Positions 8,382 to 17,823 of a DNA stretch of 64,000 nucleotides are shown here, piece after piece. Source of the DNA: a bacterium (GTDB taxonomy: Bacteria > Zhuqueibacterota > QNDG01 > JAGLOF01). A program made the position numbers and the translations under genes. The notes under the pieces are model-generated. The model ran no database searches. It had not been told where the DNA came from and saw only the letters and a list, made by a program, of their open reading frames with translations. How positions within the stretch are numbered: the first letter of the stretch is position 1; each line of letters starts with the position of its first letter. The stretch spans positions 70,805-134,804 of the forward strand of contig JAFGRY010000031.1 in the NCBI GenBank assembly GCA_016934955.1, in the 5' to 3' direction.

Positions 8382-11354
8382 ATGAAAAAAATCGACGCCT
8401 TCTCTTCAGAAAACATCGAATTGTACGACGCTCACTTCCAGCAGTTTCAGAACCTGATGAGATTCCGCATTCGGGACGTGCTCATCGTCTCCAGTCTCTA
8501 TGATTTCCACGTCTTCGAAGAGGATGGACGGATTTACGAACTGCTGCGGAGCGAATACCAGGGCCTGAACCTGAGCCATACACCCGAGCTCACCCATATC
8601 AGCAGCGGCCACGAAGCGCTGCGGCTCATCTGCGACAACACCCAGTACGACCTGATCATCACGACGCTGCATATCGGTGACATGACACCGGGCGAGTTCG
8701 TGCGCATGCTGAGAAAATCGAAAATCGACACGCCCATTATCATGCTCGCATTTGACAACCGCGAGCTCGCCGACATGATCGCCCACGGCGAAGACAAGTA
8801 CTATGACCAGGTATTCATCTGGCAGGGCAATTACCGTCTCATTCTCGCCATCATCAAATTCCTGGAGGATCACATCAATGTCGCCCACGACACCGAGGTG
8901 CTGGGCGTGCAGTCGATCATTCTCGTTGAAGACAACATCAGGCACTATTCAACGCTTCTCCCCCTCATCTATATCGAGATCATCAACCAGACCCACCGGC
9001 TGATCAGGGAGGGCGTGAACCAGTCCCATAAAAATCTCCGCCAGCGGGCGAGGCCGAAAATCCTTCTCTGCACCACCTATGAAGAGGCGGTGGCGGTCTA
9101 TACCCGGTATCACGCAACCGTGCTCGGCATTATTTCGGACGTGGAATTCAGCCGCAACGGCGTTCCGGACAGGGAAGCGGGATTTCTGCTCGCCGGAGAA
9201 GTGAGGGAAAAACACCGGGATATCCCGATCCTTTTTCAGTCGTCCGTCAGCGAGAACAGAACCCGGGCGAGGGAGATGGGGTGCAGTTTTACCGGTAAAG
9301 ACTCGGACGACCTCGCGAAGACACTGCGGGAATTCATGCGCACCAGTCTCGGGTTCGGTGACTTCGTTTTCCGCACTCCCGATGGGAAAACGATCGACAC
9401 CGCCCAGGATCTCCATTCCATGGAGAAGAAACTAAAACACGTCCCTTTGGAAAGCATCAAATTCCATGCGGAACGAAACCATTTTTCGAACTGGCTCAAG
9501 GCCAGGACCGAATTCTGGCTGGCCAACAAGCTGCGGCCCCGCCGGACGTCCGATTTCGACAGTGTTCAGGATCTCAGGGACTATCTCATCGAATCGCTGA
9601 AAAATTACCGGCGGATACAGCAGCGCGGGCGCATCACTGACTTCAACCCGGAACTCTTCGACCCGTCCTACAGCCTTTCCCGCTACGGAGGCGGCTCCCT
9701 CGGCGGCAAGGCCCGCGGTCTCGGGTTCATCAACACCCTGATCCACAATTACGGCATCACGAAAAAATATCCGGGGGTGCGCATACACGTACCGGCGGCG
9801 CTGATCATCGCCACCGATGTCTTCGACGAATTCATGGATATGAACGGACTGCGCGCATTCGTGCTGCAGCATGAAGACAACAGCGAAATCGACGAGGCCT
9901 TCCGCAGCGCCGACCGCTATCCGCCGGGCCTCATCACCGCCCTGAAGGACTTTCTGAAGATTGTCAGCCGGCCCCTCGCCGTGCGTTCATCGGGCCTGCT
10001 GGAAGATTCGCATGTCCACCCCTTTGCCGGCGTGTATGAGACATTCATGCTCCCCAACAACCACCCCGACCCCGATGTCCGCCTCTCCCAGCTGCTGGAA
10101 CGCATAAAGGGCGTGTACGCCTCCGCCTTCTATCGCGTTTCCAAGGATTACATGAAAGCGACCACGTTCCGCCTGGAAGAGGAAAAAATGGCGGTTATCG
10201 TGCAGCTGCTCACGGGATCGGAAAGAAACGGAAAATTCTACCCCATTGTCTCGGGCACGGCGAATTCCTATAACTTCTATCCCGTCTACCCCCAGGAAAG
10301 CAAGGACGGTATTGCCTCGATCGCCCTCGGCCTGGGAACAACCGTGGTCGACGGCGGCCGCACGGTGAGATTCTCCCCTGCCTATCCGCACCACCTGCTT
10401 CAGTTCAGCAGCCCCAAAATGGCGCTGGAAAACAGCCAGCATGATTTTGTCGCGCTCTCCATGACGAACGATACAACCGATGAACTCCACCTTACCCGCT
10501 CCTACCCCGTTGCCGAAGCGGAAAAAGACGATGTGCTTCATTTTGTCGCCTCAACCTACTCACCGGAAAACGATGCCGTCTATGACGGCATATCGCGCTC
10601 GGGTCCCAGGATCATCAGTTTCGCGAATATCCTGAAGAATGATATCTTTCCCCTGGCAGAGATCATCAGGGAACTTCTGAGTATCGGCACCCGCAGCATG
10701 GGCACGCCGGTGGACATCGAATTCGCCGCGGACCTCGGCGGTCCGCGGGACAAACCGCGGCCGTTCAGTCTGCTTCAGATACGGCCCATGGTGCTTTCCC
10801 GGGAATCGGAGAAAATCCATATCACTCCTGCGGAAAAAAAACGTATCATCTGCCGAAGCGAACAGGTACTGGGGAACGGCGTAATCAACACGCTCGAGGA
10901 CATCGTGCTGGTTGACCGGGAAACATACGAGCGGTCCCGAAGCATCGAGGTGGCCGGGGAGGTGAGCCGGTTCAACGCCGCGCTGCTGGAACAGAAACGG
11001 CACTACCTGCTTATCGGTGTCGGCCGCTGGGGCTCCATGGATCCCTGGCTGGGCATCCCCGTCCGCTGGAGCATGATCTCCGGAGCCAGGGTTATTGTGG
11101 AGGCGGGATTCAGGGATTTTGAAGTGGAGCCGTCACAGGGAACCCATTTCCTGGAGAATCTCAATTCCTTCTCGATCGGCTATTTCACGCTCGACAACCG
11201 GGACGAACACGCGTTTCTGGACTGGGAATGGCTGAACGCCCTCCCCGCCATCGAACGAAAAACATATACACGCCACATCAGGCTCGACAGACCGCTTTCC
11301 ATCAGAATGAGCGGCAGACAGCGCCAGGGTGTCATTCTCAGACCGAAGGAATGA
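8382..11354 (+). CDS. PPDK_N protein, paralog C, with two N-terminal receiver-like domains (first degenerate)
   Basis: The first receiver-like region 'VLIVSSLYD...DLIITTLHIGDM' lacks the acidic pocket and acceptor Asp. The second, 'IILVEDN...LGIISDVEF...FQSS...TGK', looks competent. Then 'GGKARGLGF', 'VRSSGLLEDSHVHPFAGVYETFMLPNN', 'VDIEFAAD...LLQIRP', 'GVGRWGSMDPWLGIPVRW...SQGTHFLEN'. AAGGAA lies upstream of the ATG. Confidence 0.8.
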   Translation: MKKIDAFSSENIELYDAHFQQFQNLMRFRIRDVLIVSSLYDFHVFEEDGRIYELLRSEYQGLNLSHTPELTHISSGHEALRLICDNTQYDLIITTLHIGDMTPGEFVRMLRKSKIDTPIIMLAFDNRELADMIAHGEDKYYDQVFIWQGNYRLILAIIKFLEDHINVAHDTEVLGVQSIILVEDNIRHYSTLLPLIYIEIINQTHRLIREGVNQSHKNLRQRARPKILLCTTYEEAVAVYTRYHATVLGIISDVEFSRNGVPDREAGFLLAGEVREKHRDIPILFQSSVSENRTRAREMGCSFTGKDSDDLAKTLREFMRTSLGFGDFVFRTPDGKTIDTAQDLHSMEKKLKHVPLESIKFHAERNHFSNWLKARTEFWLANKLRPRRTSDFDSVQDLRDYLIESLKNYRRIQQRGRITDFNPELFDPSYSLSRYGGGSLGGKARGLGFINTLIHNYGITKKYPGVRIHVPAALIIATDVFDEFMDMNGLRAFVLQHEDNSEIDEAFRSADRYPPGLITALKDFLKIVSRPLAVRSSGLLEDSHVHPFAGVYETFMLPNNHPDPDVRLSQLLERIKGVYASAFYRVSKDYMKATTFRLEEEKMAVIVQLLTGSERNGKFYPIVSGTANSYNFYPVYPQESKDGIASIALGLGTTVVDGGRTVRFSPAYPHHLLQFSSPKMALENSQHDFVALSMTNDTTDELHLTRSYPVAEAEKDDVLHFVASTYSPENDAVYDGISRSGPRIISFANILKNDIFPLAEIIRELLSIGTRSMGTPVDIEFAADLGGPRDKPRPFSLLQIRPMVLSRESEKIHITPAEKKRIICRSEQVLGNGVINTLEDIVLVDRETYERSRSIEVAGEVSRFNAALLEQKRHYLLIGVGRWGSMDPWLGIPVRWSMISGARVIVEAGFRDFEVEPSQGTHFLENLNSFSIGYFTLDNRDEHAFLDWEWLNALPAIERKTYTRHIRLDRPLSIRMSGRQRQGVILRPKE

Positions 11355-12523
11355 TCCGGTCCCGCGCTGATTCCGGTCACCCGGCCATGACACTGACGGA
11401 AACGAAGGCGAGAACCGTTCTGCGGACCTACAGGACCCTGGACTCCTGGTTCATCAGCCGCTACGCCATGAATCTCTATCGAGGCTGCGCCCATAACTGC
11501 GCCTACTGCGACGGGCGGTATGAAGGGTACTATCTTCCCGGAATCTTCGGAGAGGACGTTACCGTCAAAATCAATGCCGCCGATGTTCTGAGAAGAGAAC
11601 TGGACCCGAGCCGCAGACGAACCCCGCTCACTCCCTGCTATCTCATGCTCGGAGGCGGCGTGGGCGACAGCTATCAGCCGGCCGAACGGACCCGCGGACT
11701 CACCCGGCAGGTCCTCGAGATCATGCTCGAGTACGGGCTTCCGGTGCATCTGCTCACAAAATCGGTCCTGGCCGCCCGGGACATGGATCTGCTGAGCCGC
11801 ATCAGCCGCTCGGCCGGGGTGCTGGTCACGGTCAGTTTCTCAACCCTGGACTCGGGCCTCAGCGCACTTTTCGAGCCGGGAGCATCCCCGCCCGAGGAGC
11901 GGATCGACCTTCTTGACCGGCTGAAAACAGCCTCCATTCCCTGCGGCATGGCGCTCATGCCGGTTATCCCCTTTCTCACCGATACGCCGGCCCACATCGA
12001 GACGGCGGTCCGGACCGCCGCGCACATGCGTCTCGATTACGTGCTCTTCTCCGGGATGACCCTGAAACCGGGCCGTCAGATGGAGCACTTTCTGAACCTG
12101 CTCGGCCGCCACTTTCCCGGGAAGATTGAAGAATATTACGCGATCTATCACGGCACCCGCAGGGGGGAAGCGTGCAGCGCGTACAGTGATCATATTCACT
12201 CGCTGTTCCGGGACGCCGTGACCCGCTACCGCATGCCCCCGCGCATACCCGCGCATCTGTTCAGCAGAGTGCTCACCCTCACCGACCTTGCCGCGGTCAT
12301 GCTCGATCAGATACATTACCTCTGCAGGCTCCACAACCGGCCCTCCTCCTTCGGCGCGGCGGCAAGGGCCGTCGCCGGTCTCCGGGAACCGCTGCCGACC
12401 CTGGCCGGACGGCTGCGAAGCATTAACGGTATCGGTCCCGTCACGGAAAAAGTGCTGTGTGAGATTCTGGAAAGCCGCACCAGCAGCTACTATCGCCGCC
12501 TGCTTTCCGCCCGTTTTTCCTGA
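11351..12523 (+). CDS. Radical SAM protein, SplB/COG1533-like, with C-terminal helix-hairpin-helix-like motif
   Basis: 'YRGCAHNCAYCDGRY' is a CX3CX2C cluster in the context typical of SplB-like radical SAM enzymes. C-terminal 'INGIGPVTEKVL'. ATG at 11351 overlaps the paralog C stop (ATGA); the alternative ATG is 11387. Confidence 0.75.
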   Translation: MIRSRADSGHPAMTLTETKARTVLRTYRTLDSWFISRYAMNLYRGCAHNCAYCDGRYEGYYLPGIFGEDVTVKINAADVLRRELDPSRRRTPLTPCYLMLGGGVGDSYQPAERTRGLTRQVLEIMLEYGLPVHLLTKSVLAARDMDLLSRISRSAGVLVTVSFSTLDSGLSALFEPGASPPEERIDLLDRLKTASIPCGMALMPVIPFLTDTPAHIETAVRTAAHMRLDYVLFSGMTLKPGRQMEHFLNLLGRHFPGKIEEYYAIYHGTRRGEACSAYSDHIHSLFRDAVTRYRMPPRIPAHLFSRVLTLTDLAAVMLDQIHYLCRLHNRPSSFGAAARAVAGLREPLPTLAGRLRSINGIGPVTEKVLCEILESRTSSYYRRLLSARFS

Positions 12524-12612
12524 CCGGAAAAAAGCATTGCTTTTCGGGCCCGGGTTCTCTATCTTATTGATTTATATGGGAACCTTACCACCGGCAAACG
12601 GGTAAAATAATA

Positions 12613-13344
12613 ATGAAATCGAGCTATTTCATTTCCGACATTCACCTGGGGACCGACACGGAGTATGCGTCACGGACCCGCCTGCGCCTGCTGCTGGATT
12701 TCTTTGCCGCGATCGAGAAGGATGCGGAGCATCTGTTCATTGTCGGTGATCTGTTCGATTTCTGGTTCGAGTATAAAAGCGTCATGCCCAAAGGACATTT
12801 TGATCTGCTCTACGCCCTGAAAAAAATGCGGGATGCGGGTACCGCCATTACCCTTCTTCGGGGAAACCACGATTTCTGGATCGCCGGTTTTTTTGAGGAT
12901 GAGCTGGGCATTCCTGTACACGACGATTTTCTCGATATCAGGCTGGGCGGCAAACGGTTCTACATCTCCCACGGCGATGGACTCGCCAAAGACGACAAAG
13001 GATATCGTTTTCTGAAAAAAATACTGCGCAATCCATTCAACATCCGGCTGTTCTCCCTGCTGCACCCTGATATTGGACACGCCCTTGCCACGTTTTCCTC
13101 CCGGCTGAGCCGTGATTACAGCCCCATACTGGACGACAGGGAGGACTATATGCAGTTCGCGAGGGAGATGTTCGGGCGGGACTATGACTGCGTGGTTCTG
13201 GGGCATACCCACGCCCCTGTGCTGCTCAGAGAGGCACATCATGTATACCTGAACACCGGAGACTGGATGAGCAGGTTCACCTACGGTAAATTCACCGACG
13301 GAAGACTTACCCTGGAGCACTGGCCGCTCCCGGAACAGCGGTAA
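12613..13344 (+). CDS. lpxH: UDP-2,3-diacylglucosamine hydrolase
   Basis: 'YFISDIHLG', 'GDLFDFW', 'GNHDFW', 'HGD', 'GHTH'; about 240 aa, typical LpxH layout. Confidence 0.8.
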   Translation: MKSSYFISDIHLGTDTEYASRTRLRLLLDFFAAIEKDAEHLFIVGDLFDFWFEYKSVMPKGHFDLLYALKKMRDAGTAITLLRGNHDFWIAGFFEDELGIPVHDDFLDIRLGGKRFYISHGDGLAKDDKGYRFLKKILRNPFNIRLFSLLHPDIGHALATFSSRLSRDYSPILDDREDYMQFAREMFGRDYDCVVLGHTHAPVLLREAHHVYLNTGDWMSRFTYGKFTDGRLTLEHWPLPEQR

Positions 13345-13375
13345 CGGTTTTCCCCGCATTGAAACAGGAACAGAT

Positions 13376-15586
13376 ATGAAACGGAATCGCAGAGAATACA
13401 CGATCAGAAAGGAACGAGAGATTTCCGGACCGGGGCTGCTGACACGCCGTCCCTGGCTGAAATATCCGCTTTTCATCATCGGGGGCATGACGCTGCTGGG
13501 CATCGTCTCACTGGTAATCCTCAGCCGGGATCTCCCTTCCCTCAGCGAACTTGAGCGCGCGGCCGACCCCAAGATGGTGACCCGTATCTATTCCGCGGAC
13601 GGACAGATACTCGATGAAATCAGCATCGAGAAACGGGTGCTCATTCCCATTGACCGTATACCGAAATACGTGCTGGACGCCACCATCGCGCTGGAGGACC
13701 GGAAGTTTTACCGCCACTGGGGACTCGATCTCCGCAGCATATTCAAATACACTGTTCTCAACATCGTCAACATGGACATCATCGGAGGGGGCAGTACTCT
13801 GACACAGCAGCTGGCGAAGAAGGTGTACCACAGTTCCCGCCAGACCCTGATCAGAAAAATCAGGGAAGGGCTCACCTCCCTGCAGATCGAACGAACCTAC
13901 TCCAAGACTGAAATTCTCGAAATGTACCTGAACAGGATGGAATTCGGCCGGGGCGCCTTCGGCATCCAGTCGGCGGCCAAAGCCTGGTTCGGGAAAAACA
14001 TCGAAGAGGTTACCATCGATCAGGCGGCCATGCTGGTGGGCATGATGCAGCTTCCCTACGGCTACTACTCGCCTGACCGTGACAGTGCGGCCGCGGTGGT
14101 GAGACGGAACGTGGTCATGGGGACGATGGTCGACATGGGCTATCTGGATCATGCGGCCTTCGACTCTCTCAAGACCCTGCCGCTGGAAGTCATCCCGAAA
14201 AACAGCGAAGAAAAGAAAATCGCCCCCTTCTTCTGCCAGTATGTAATCGATGAATTGAAAGAACAGTTCGGAGCAGGTCTCTGGACCGACGGATATTCCA
14301 TTTATACCACGCTGGACACCCGGGTACAGGCCTGCGCGGACAGTGCGATCAAAGGGTTCATTCCTGAACTGGAAGCAAAAATTCACGGCGAGATTCTGGA
14401 AAAGCGGTCATTTCTCAAATGGCTTCCAGACACACTGGAAACGGAGAAACAGATACTGGCATTCCTCGCCGATTCGGCCGCGGTCGACTCGCTGCTCACC
14501 AACCGGGCGACCCTTGAAACATCGCTCACCGCCATCGATCCGTCGAACGGCTACATCCTGGCCATGGTCGGCGGCCGGGAATGGGGGGATGGACCGGGCC
14601 AGACAAAATTCAATCACGCAACCCAGGCTGCCAGGCAGCCAGGTTCCTGTTTCAAGCCGCTCGCCTATACCGTATCGGTCGACAACGGATACCCGCCGTC
14701 TTCCCAGTTTCTCAACGTACCGCTGACCCTGGAGCTTCCCAACGGTGATGTCTGGCGGCCCCGCAACTATCAGGAAACAAGCGGCGGGCGCATCACCATG
14801 CGTGAAGGCCTTTACCGCTCACTCAACCTCATCTCCATCCGCATGGTGCAGAAACATCAGACGCAGCGGCAGATCGTGGAATACGCAAAGAACTTCGGCA
14901 TCACCACCCCTATCAGGCCCTATGCCAGTGTTGTCCTGGGTGCGGAAGTGGTGCATCCCATCGAGATGGTGTACGCCTTTGCCACCTTCGCGAACAGGGG
15001 TGTTCGCCAGAAGCCCATTGCCGTGCTGCGGGTCGAGGACAACCATGGAAACGTGGTGCTCGAATCGCACCCGGGCGGGCCGGAGGTCATCAGCCCCCAG
15101 ACCGCCTTCATCATGACCGACATGCTCCGCAGCGTGCTCGACGAACCCCGGGGCACCGGGCATGCGGCCCGCTGGAAATATAATTTCTACCGGCCCGCCG
15201 CCGGTAAAACCGGCACGACAAACGATTTCCGGGATGCCTGGTTCATCGGGTTCACTCCCCAGATCGCCTCGGCTGTCTGGGTCGGATTCGATGACGAACG
15301 GATCAAACTCGGGGAAGGCCAGTCGGGAAGCCAGACCGGACTGCCGGTGTGGGCACCCTTTATGCGCATGGCCCATGACACCCTTGAGCTGCCCCTGGCG
15401 GATTTTATCGAACCGCCGGGAATCGAGCATCACAGGATCTGCAAGGAGACGGGAAAACTCGCCCTCGACACCTGTCCCGACATTCAGGATGAAGTTTTCA
15501 TTGAAGGCACCGCGCCCATCGACACCTGCGATGTCCATGCCAATCCCTGGCAGTCACAGCGGGACACCAGGCGGCGCGTTTTTTAA
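13376..15586 (+). CDS. mrcA: Penicillin-binding protein 1A (bifunctional glycosyltransferase/transpeptidase)
   Basis: GT51 motifs 'ALEDRKFYRHWG' and 'GGSTLTQQLAK'; transpeptidase 'SCFKP' (SxxK), 'SLN', 'KTGTT'; N-terminal TM anchor. Confidence 0.9.
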   Translation: MKRNRREYTIRKEREISGPGLLTRRPWLKYPLFIIGGMTLLGIVSLVILSRDLPSLSELERAADPKMVTRIYSADGQILDEISIEKRVLIPIDRIPKYVLDATIALEDRKFYRHWGLDLRSIFKYTVLNIVNMDIIGGGSTLTQQLAKKVYHSSRQTLIRKIREGLTSLQIERTYSKTEILEMYLNRMEFGRGAFGIQSAAKAWFGKNIEEVTIDQAAMLVGMMQLPYGYYSPDRDSAAAVVRRNVVMGTMVDMGYLDHAAFDSLKTLPLEVIPKNSEEKKIAPFFCQYVIDELKEQFGAGLWTDGYSIYTTLDTRVQACADSAIKGFIPELEAKIHGEILEKRSFLKWLPDTLETEKQILAFLADSAAVDSLLTNRATLETSLTAIDPSNGYILAMVGGREWGDGPGQTKFNHATQAARQPGSCFKPLAYTVSVDNGYPPSSQFLNVPLTLELPNGDVWRPRNYQETSGGRITMREGLYRSLNLISIRMVQKHQTQRQIVEYAKNFGITTPIRPYASVVLGAEVVHPIEMVYAFATFANRGVRQKPIAVLRVEDNHGNVVLESHPGGPEVISPQTAFIMTDMLRSVLDEPRGTGHAARWKYNFYRPAAGKTGTTNDFRDAWFIGFTPQIASAVWVGFDDERIKLGEGQSGSQTGLPVWAPFMRMAHDTLELPLADFIEPPGIEHHRICKETGKLALDTCPDIQDEVFIEGTAPIDTCDVHANPWQSQRDTRRRVF

Positions 15587-15772
15587 GACAAACCACTCCG
15601 CGGCTGTTCTGAAAGCGCGTTTCGGGTCGGGTTGAGCCCTTCGACCGGCACATGCGGGATGTCAGCATCGTTCGTTTCGAACGCGGCGAAGGAGGTCACC
15701 CGCCATATCTGGGGCATGCCTGGAAAGGCTCGGCGAGAACGGGCTCTTTAATGGCCTTTTTCAGCCCCTGCG

Positions 15773-17092
15773 TTATTGTTCGACATATCCCCGGGGATCG
15801 ATCAGTTCGCCAATAAGAGGCGGCCGTTCCACCGGATGCTGCGAAAAGGCAAAGGCGTTCAGCACGCGACCGGCGATCACATCGTGTTCTTCCGGCATAT
15901 TCGTGTGCACCTCGGCGAGCGGCTCCCCTCCTTCCACCCGATCACCGCGCTTTTTCATCAGCACAATTCCCGCCTGAGCGTCGACTCCGGCCTCCTTGAC
16001 CGTCCGTCCGGCCCCGGTCTGTACCGCTGCCAGCCCGATCTCCCTGGCATCGATCCCGCTCACGAATCCGGGGCCGGGAGCGGCCAGGGGTATCCTGTAC
16101 CGCGCGAAAGCCATTCTCTCCGGCTCCCGCAGCACATCCGGATCGCCTCCCTGCATTTCCACCATGCTGCACAGCCGTCTGAATCCCTCACCGGACCTCA
16201 CTTCCGCCATGATCATGCGTTCTCCCTCGGCTAGCGAACGGGTCCTGCCTCCCAGGATGAGCATGAGCGCTCCCAGCCGTTTCACCACCGCCATGACATC
16301 ATCCGGCCCGCGGCCGTGCAGGCAGTCTATCGATTCCTTTACTTCGAGCCAGTTGCCCACCGCCAGGCCCAGGGGCTCATCCATGGCGGTCAGCTGCGCC
16401 ACAGTGGCAAGCGAGAGGCTGTTCCCCAGACGAACCAGCTCCCGGGCCAGGGCGAGCGTGTCTTTTCTGCCGGGCAGAAAAGCCCCCGATCCCGTTTTTA
16501 CGTCAAGCACGAGAGCATCGGCCCCTTCGGCTTTTTTCTTGCTGATAATGCTGGAACAGATCAGCGGGATACTGGGCACACAGCCGGTCACGTCCCGCAG
16601 GGCGTACATTTTTCTGTCCGCCGGGACCATACGCTCGCTCTGGCCGATCATGGCGAATCCGGTTTCCCTGATCACCGCCCTATATGCCGCATTGTCGAGC
16701 CCGGTGCGAAATCCCGGGATCGATTCCAGCTTGTCAAGAGTGCCCCCGGTATGGCCCAGTCCCCTGCCGGACATCATGGGCACGGGCACACCGGCGGCGG
16801 CGACAAGGGGCGCGAGAATGATTGAGACCTTGTCGCCCACTCCTCCCGTGGAGTGCTTGTCGACCTTGACGCCATCGATGCCGGTGAGATCGGCTGTTTC
16901 TCCCGATGCCAGCATGGCCGCGGTAAGCGCATCCAGTTCCCTGCGCTTCATCCCCTGAAAAAAGACGGCCATGAGGAGCGCGCTCATCTGATAATCGGGA
17001 ATGTCGCCCGCCGCATACATCTTCACCACACGGGTGATATCGCCGTCGGACAGTACCCCGCCGTCCCGTTTACGCTCGATCAGTTCAACCAT
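15773..17092 (-). CDS. deoA: Thymidine / pyrimidine-nucleoside phosphorylase
   Basis: 'MVELIERKRDGG', 'DKHSTGGVGDK', 'SGRGLGHTGGTLDKLE'. ATG at 17092 gives the usual N-terminus. The alternative GTG at 17107 overlaps the deoC stop. Confidence 0.9.
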   Translation of the reverse strand: MVELIERKRDGGVLSDGDITRVVKMYAAGDIPDYQMSALLMAVFFQGMKRRELDALTAAMLASGETADLTGIDGVKVDKHSTGGVGDKVSIILAPLVAAAGVPVPMMSGRGLGHTGGTLDKLESIPGFRTGLDNAAYRAVIRETGFAMIGQSERMVPADRKMYALRDVTGCVPSIPLICSSIISKKKAEGADALVLDVKTGSGAFLPGRKDTLALARELVRLGNSLSLATVAQLTAMDEPLGLAVGNWLEVKESIDCLHGRGPDDVMAVVKRLGALMLILGGRTRSLAEGERMIMAEVRSGEGFRRLCSMVEMQGGDPDVLREPERMAFARYRIPLAAPGPGFVSGIDAREIGLAAVQTGAGRTVKEAGVDAQAGIVLMKKRGDRVEGGEPLAEVHTNMPEEHDVIAGRVLNAFAFSQHPVERPPLIGELIDPRGYVEQ

Positions 17093-17103
17093 GTTCACGC
17101 GTA

Positions 17104-17823
17104 TCACTCCTCCCGGGCCGCTTGCCGGGCTTCAGTAATGATCCGCACCCCGCTGCTCGTTCCGATCCGGGCCGCCCCGGCCTCGATCATGGAACAGGCC
17201 TGCCTGCAGGTGGCAATACCCCCTGAGGCCTTGACGAGCACCGGCGTCGCCCCTGTCTCCCGGCGAAGAAGCCGTACGTCTGCGCAGGTCGCCCCGCCCG
17301 GCCCGAAGCCGGTGGATGTCTTTACAAAGGCAGCCCCTGCTTCCACTGCCGCCCGGCATCCCAGCCGTTTCTCTTCATCCGTGAGCAGCGCCGTTTCGAG
17401 AATGACTTTCAGCAGGGCTCCTCCTTCCCGGCAGACCCGCTCCACCGCCTGAATATCCCGGACCACCTCTTTGTAATCGCCCGCCTTGAGCGCCCCCACA
17501 TGAATCACCATATCGATCTCCCGGGCCCCCGCTTCCACAGCGTACCCGGCCTCATGGGCTTTGCTCGACGGCAGCGAACACCCCAGGGGGAACCCGACCA
17601 CCGTGCAGACAAGGGGACCCTCTCGCTGCAGCGAAGCAGCGGCAGCCGCTGTGAACACCGGATTCACACATACCGCTTTGAACCCGTATTCCACCGCTTC
17701 CCGGCAAAGACGATCGATCTCTTTGCGGGTAGCCGCCGGAGCCAGCAGAGTATGATCGATATAGTGCGCCAGAACCTCGGCTGCAGGAAGCGCAGGCCGC
17801 GGACCCTTCCGAGAAGTGCTCAT
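17104..17823 (-). CDS. deoC: Deoxyribose-phosphate aldolase
   Basis: 'IDHTLL', 'VCVNP', 'KVILET', 'FVKTSTGF', 'VKASGGI' (class I aldolase lysines). Confidence 0.9.
   Translation of the reverse strand: MSTSRKGPRPALPAAEVLAHYIDHTLLAPAATRKEIDRLCREAVEYGFKAVCVNPVFTAAAAASLQREGPLVCTVVGFPLGCSLPSSKAHEAGYAVEAGAREIDMVIHVGALKAGDYKEVVRDIQAVERVCREGGALLKVILETALLTDEEKRLGCRAAVEAGAAFVKTSTGFGPGGATCADVRLLRRETGATPVLVKASGGIATCRQACSMIEAGAARIGTSSGVRIITEARQAAREE

Noticed and set aside
15587-15772. 186-nt convergent spacer between PBP1A and deoA, checked for a tRNA, small ORF, ncRNA or terminator.
   Set aside because: It contains only short weak palindromes (for example CGTTCG-ttt-CGAACG), no T-tracts, no cloverleaf-like pattern, and only an 11-codon ORF without a properly spaced RBS.
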